A program made the position numbers and the translations under genes. Below are positions 54,991-56,337 of a stretch of DNA of 56,337 nucleotides, one piece after another (position 1 is the first letter of the stretch; every line of letters begins with the position of its first letter). The notes under the pieces were generated by a model. The model did no database searches. It was not told where the DNA came from and saw only the letters and a program-made list of their open reading frames with translations. The stretch is taken from positions 1 through 56,337 of IMG/VR virus record IMGVR_UViG_3300010354_000005; one strand, given 5' to 3'. This DNA comes from a virus. Taxonomy: Duplodnaviria; Caudoviricetes.

Positions 54991-55361
54991 AGCAACCTCC
55001 AAAAAGAAATAAAGATAAAAGAAAGAAGAGGTGACGAGCCCCTTCACGAATAGTGAGGGGCGAGGAACCGTGAAGGTTGAAGCCAAAGGAAGGTGACAGA
55101 AAGCACCCTAGTCAGTTCCAAAAAATCCTTATGAATCAAGGGGAGTTCCCGCACGCGAGTCTAATTGTTCCCAAAACAGCAACAAAGTACCCTGATTGTC
55201 GCTGGAAATGGGTAGAACAGACGCTAAGAACTCCGAGAAGTAGCATACCTACAGTGTATGAGTACCCCCTACCGGCACCCAAAGGGTATCACCCCCGGGG
55301 GTTGAGACTCAGCAGTATCCCATACACATACGCGACACCCGACTTTGAAGTAGAATACCTT

Positions 55362-55451
55362 ATGGACTTTGACCCGAAAGACTTTGAAGATGAAGCTTTG
55401 ATATTGTGTGCCATCTTTGTATGGCTAATCATTACGGTTGTGTTGAAGTAA
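55362..55451 (+). CDS. Possible membrane micro-protein
   Basis: MDFDPKDF followed by a transmembrane segment. Confidence 0.35.
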   Translation: MDFDPKDFEDEALILCAIFVWLIITVVLK

Positions 55452-55462
55452 ACGGAGGCGCA

Positions 55463-56209
55463 ATGAGGATAATGGACTATGGTCAGAACTGGCTGAGGTT
55501 AGATGAGACGGATTACAGGTTAAGGGCTTTGGCCCGGCTGTTGCCTAGGGTGGAGCAGTGGATTGGTGAGCACGACCGGCGGGTACTGGATGCGCAGTAT
55601 TGGGGGATAACGAAGGATAGTCCTGAGGAGACATGTGTTGTTAATTTGGGAAGTGATTCTGGGTACAGTGGGGACGAGCTTGAGATTGATTACTACGATG
55701 TGATGCGACAGTTCCCTGAGTTGAAGGAGTTGTTCAGGGAGTTGGAGTTGCAGCCTTACCTTGGCACCAACAAGATTGGGAATTGGGGGATACACCGGCA
55801 CTGCTATAACCCCACCTCCCGGTGGAACCTAGTACTTCTTGGGGAGGGGAACGATGGTGGACGTGGGGAATTTTTTGAATATACTGGTGAGCATCCCAAG
55901 GATCCTGAGTACGATCTGGTATACGGTGTTCTGGATGAATGTGAAGAACGGGAAGCGAAGAGTATTGAGGTGTCTTACATAAATAGCAACGAGTGGTATA
56001 GCATAGATACTTGGTGTTGGCATGCGCACCATGCGCCATGTGGGGAGAAGTGGCACCCAGCTAGGGCTTGGCTGATGCACTTCAAGTACGCACCTGACAA
56101 GGTAGCGGTGCAGGAAGTTTTGAAGAACCTGAAGCTGTGGGGTGTGAGGCGGTTGATGTGGAGATGGGATCAGGAGAGACGCTACCGGCACGGGACTCAC
56201 TCCCTCTAA
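55463..56209 (+). CDS. Cupin/Fe(II)-oxygenase-like protein
   Basis: IHRH...WNL...SIDT..WHAH; SD GGAGG. Confidence 0.55.
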   Translation: MRIMDYGQNWLRLDETDYRLRALARLLPRVEQWIGEHDRRVLDAQYWGITKDSPEETCVVNLGSDSGYSGDELEIDYYDVMRQFPELKELFRELELQPYLGTNKIGNWGIHRHCYNPTSRWNLVLLGEGNDGGRGEFFEYTGEHPKDPEYDLVYGVLDECEEREAKSIEVSYINSNEWYSIDTWCWHAHHAPCGEKWHPARAWLMHFKYAPDKVAVQEVLKNLKLWGVRRLMWRWDQERRYRHGTHSL

Positions 56210-56214
56210 CACCC

Positions 56215-56337
56215 CGGGGTATAAGCAACATTACTTGTTATTTTTCAAACAGGTTATGCTATACTTGTGGCAAAATGAAAATACATGTGCATATATAGTA
56301 ACAATATCTAGCGCAGCGTGGCGCAGCGGTAGCGCGA
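56215..56337. repeat. Terminal direct repeat, copy 2
   Basis: Identical to 1-123. Confidence 0.95.

Noticed and set aside
55077-55451. 124-aa ORF across the divergent control region
   Set aside because: It starts at TTG and crosses palindromic sequence; only the last 29 codons look like a plausible peptide.
56215-56337. 123-bp terminal repeat as a biological DTR or att site
   Set aside because: It is an exact overlap that ends mid-tRNA, typical of circular assembly, and no integrase was found. Reads would be needed to claim physical termini.

Overview
This window looks like a complete, circularly permuted dsDNA tailed-phage genome of 56,214 unique bp. Bases 1-123 are repeated exactly at 56215-56337, most likely as assembly overlap. 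Gene content suggests a short-tailed (podovirus-like) phage: there is no tape measure or tail tube gene, and there is a P22-like ejection module ending in a 2926-aa polyvalent protein. Nested Rz/Rz1 spanins imply a Gram-negative host. There are four transcription blocks. (1) Plus strand, about 55.4 kb wrapping to 32.6 kb: two tRNAs, terminase, portal, scaffold, capsid, tail/fibre, oxygenase-like genes, lysis and ejection proteins. (2) Minus strand, 38.0-32.6 kb: ERF recombinase, exonuclease, HTH proteins and an HslV/proteasome-like peptidase. (3) Plus strand, 38.5-43.6 kb: primase-helicase, resolvase and a phosphatase. (4) Minus strand, 55.0-43.8 kb: many small membrane or secreted proteins, then an amidoligase and a class II glutamine amidotransferase. 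I recognised no DNA polymerase, RNA polymerase or integrase. The best candidate for an undescribed system lies at the head of block 4: a small two-repeat protein gene, then a structured RNA with two covarying 30-nt internal-loop arms, then a strong terminator, which suggests an antitermination or attenuation switch. Other leads are a shared ADGG motif in four morphogenesis proteins, an initiator/elongator hybrid tRNA-Met, a pseudoknot before the scaffold gene, a Fur-like box at the replication switch and apparent CCWGG avoidance. All family calls come from motif recognition by eye; no database searches were run.
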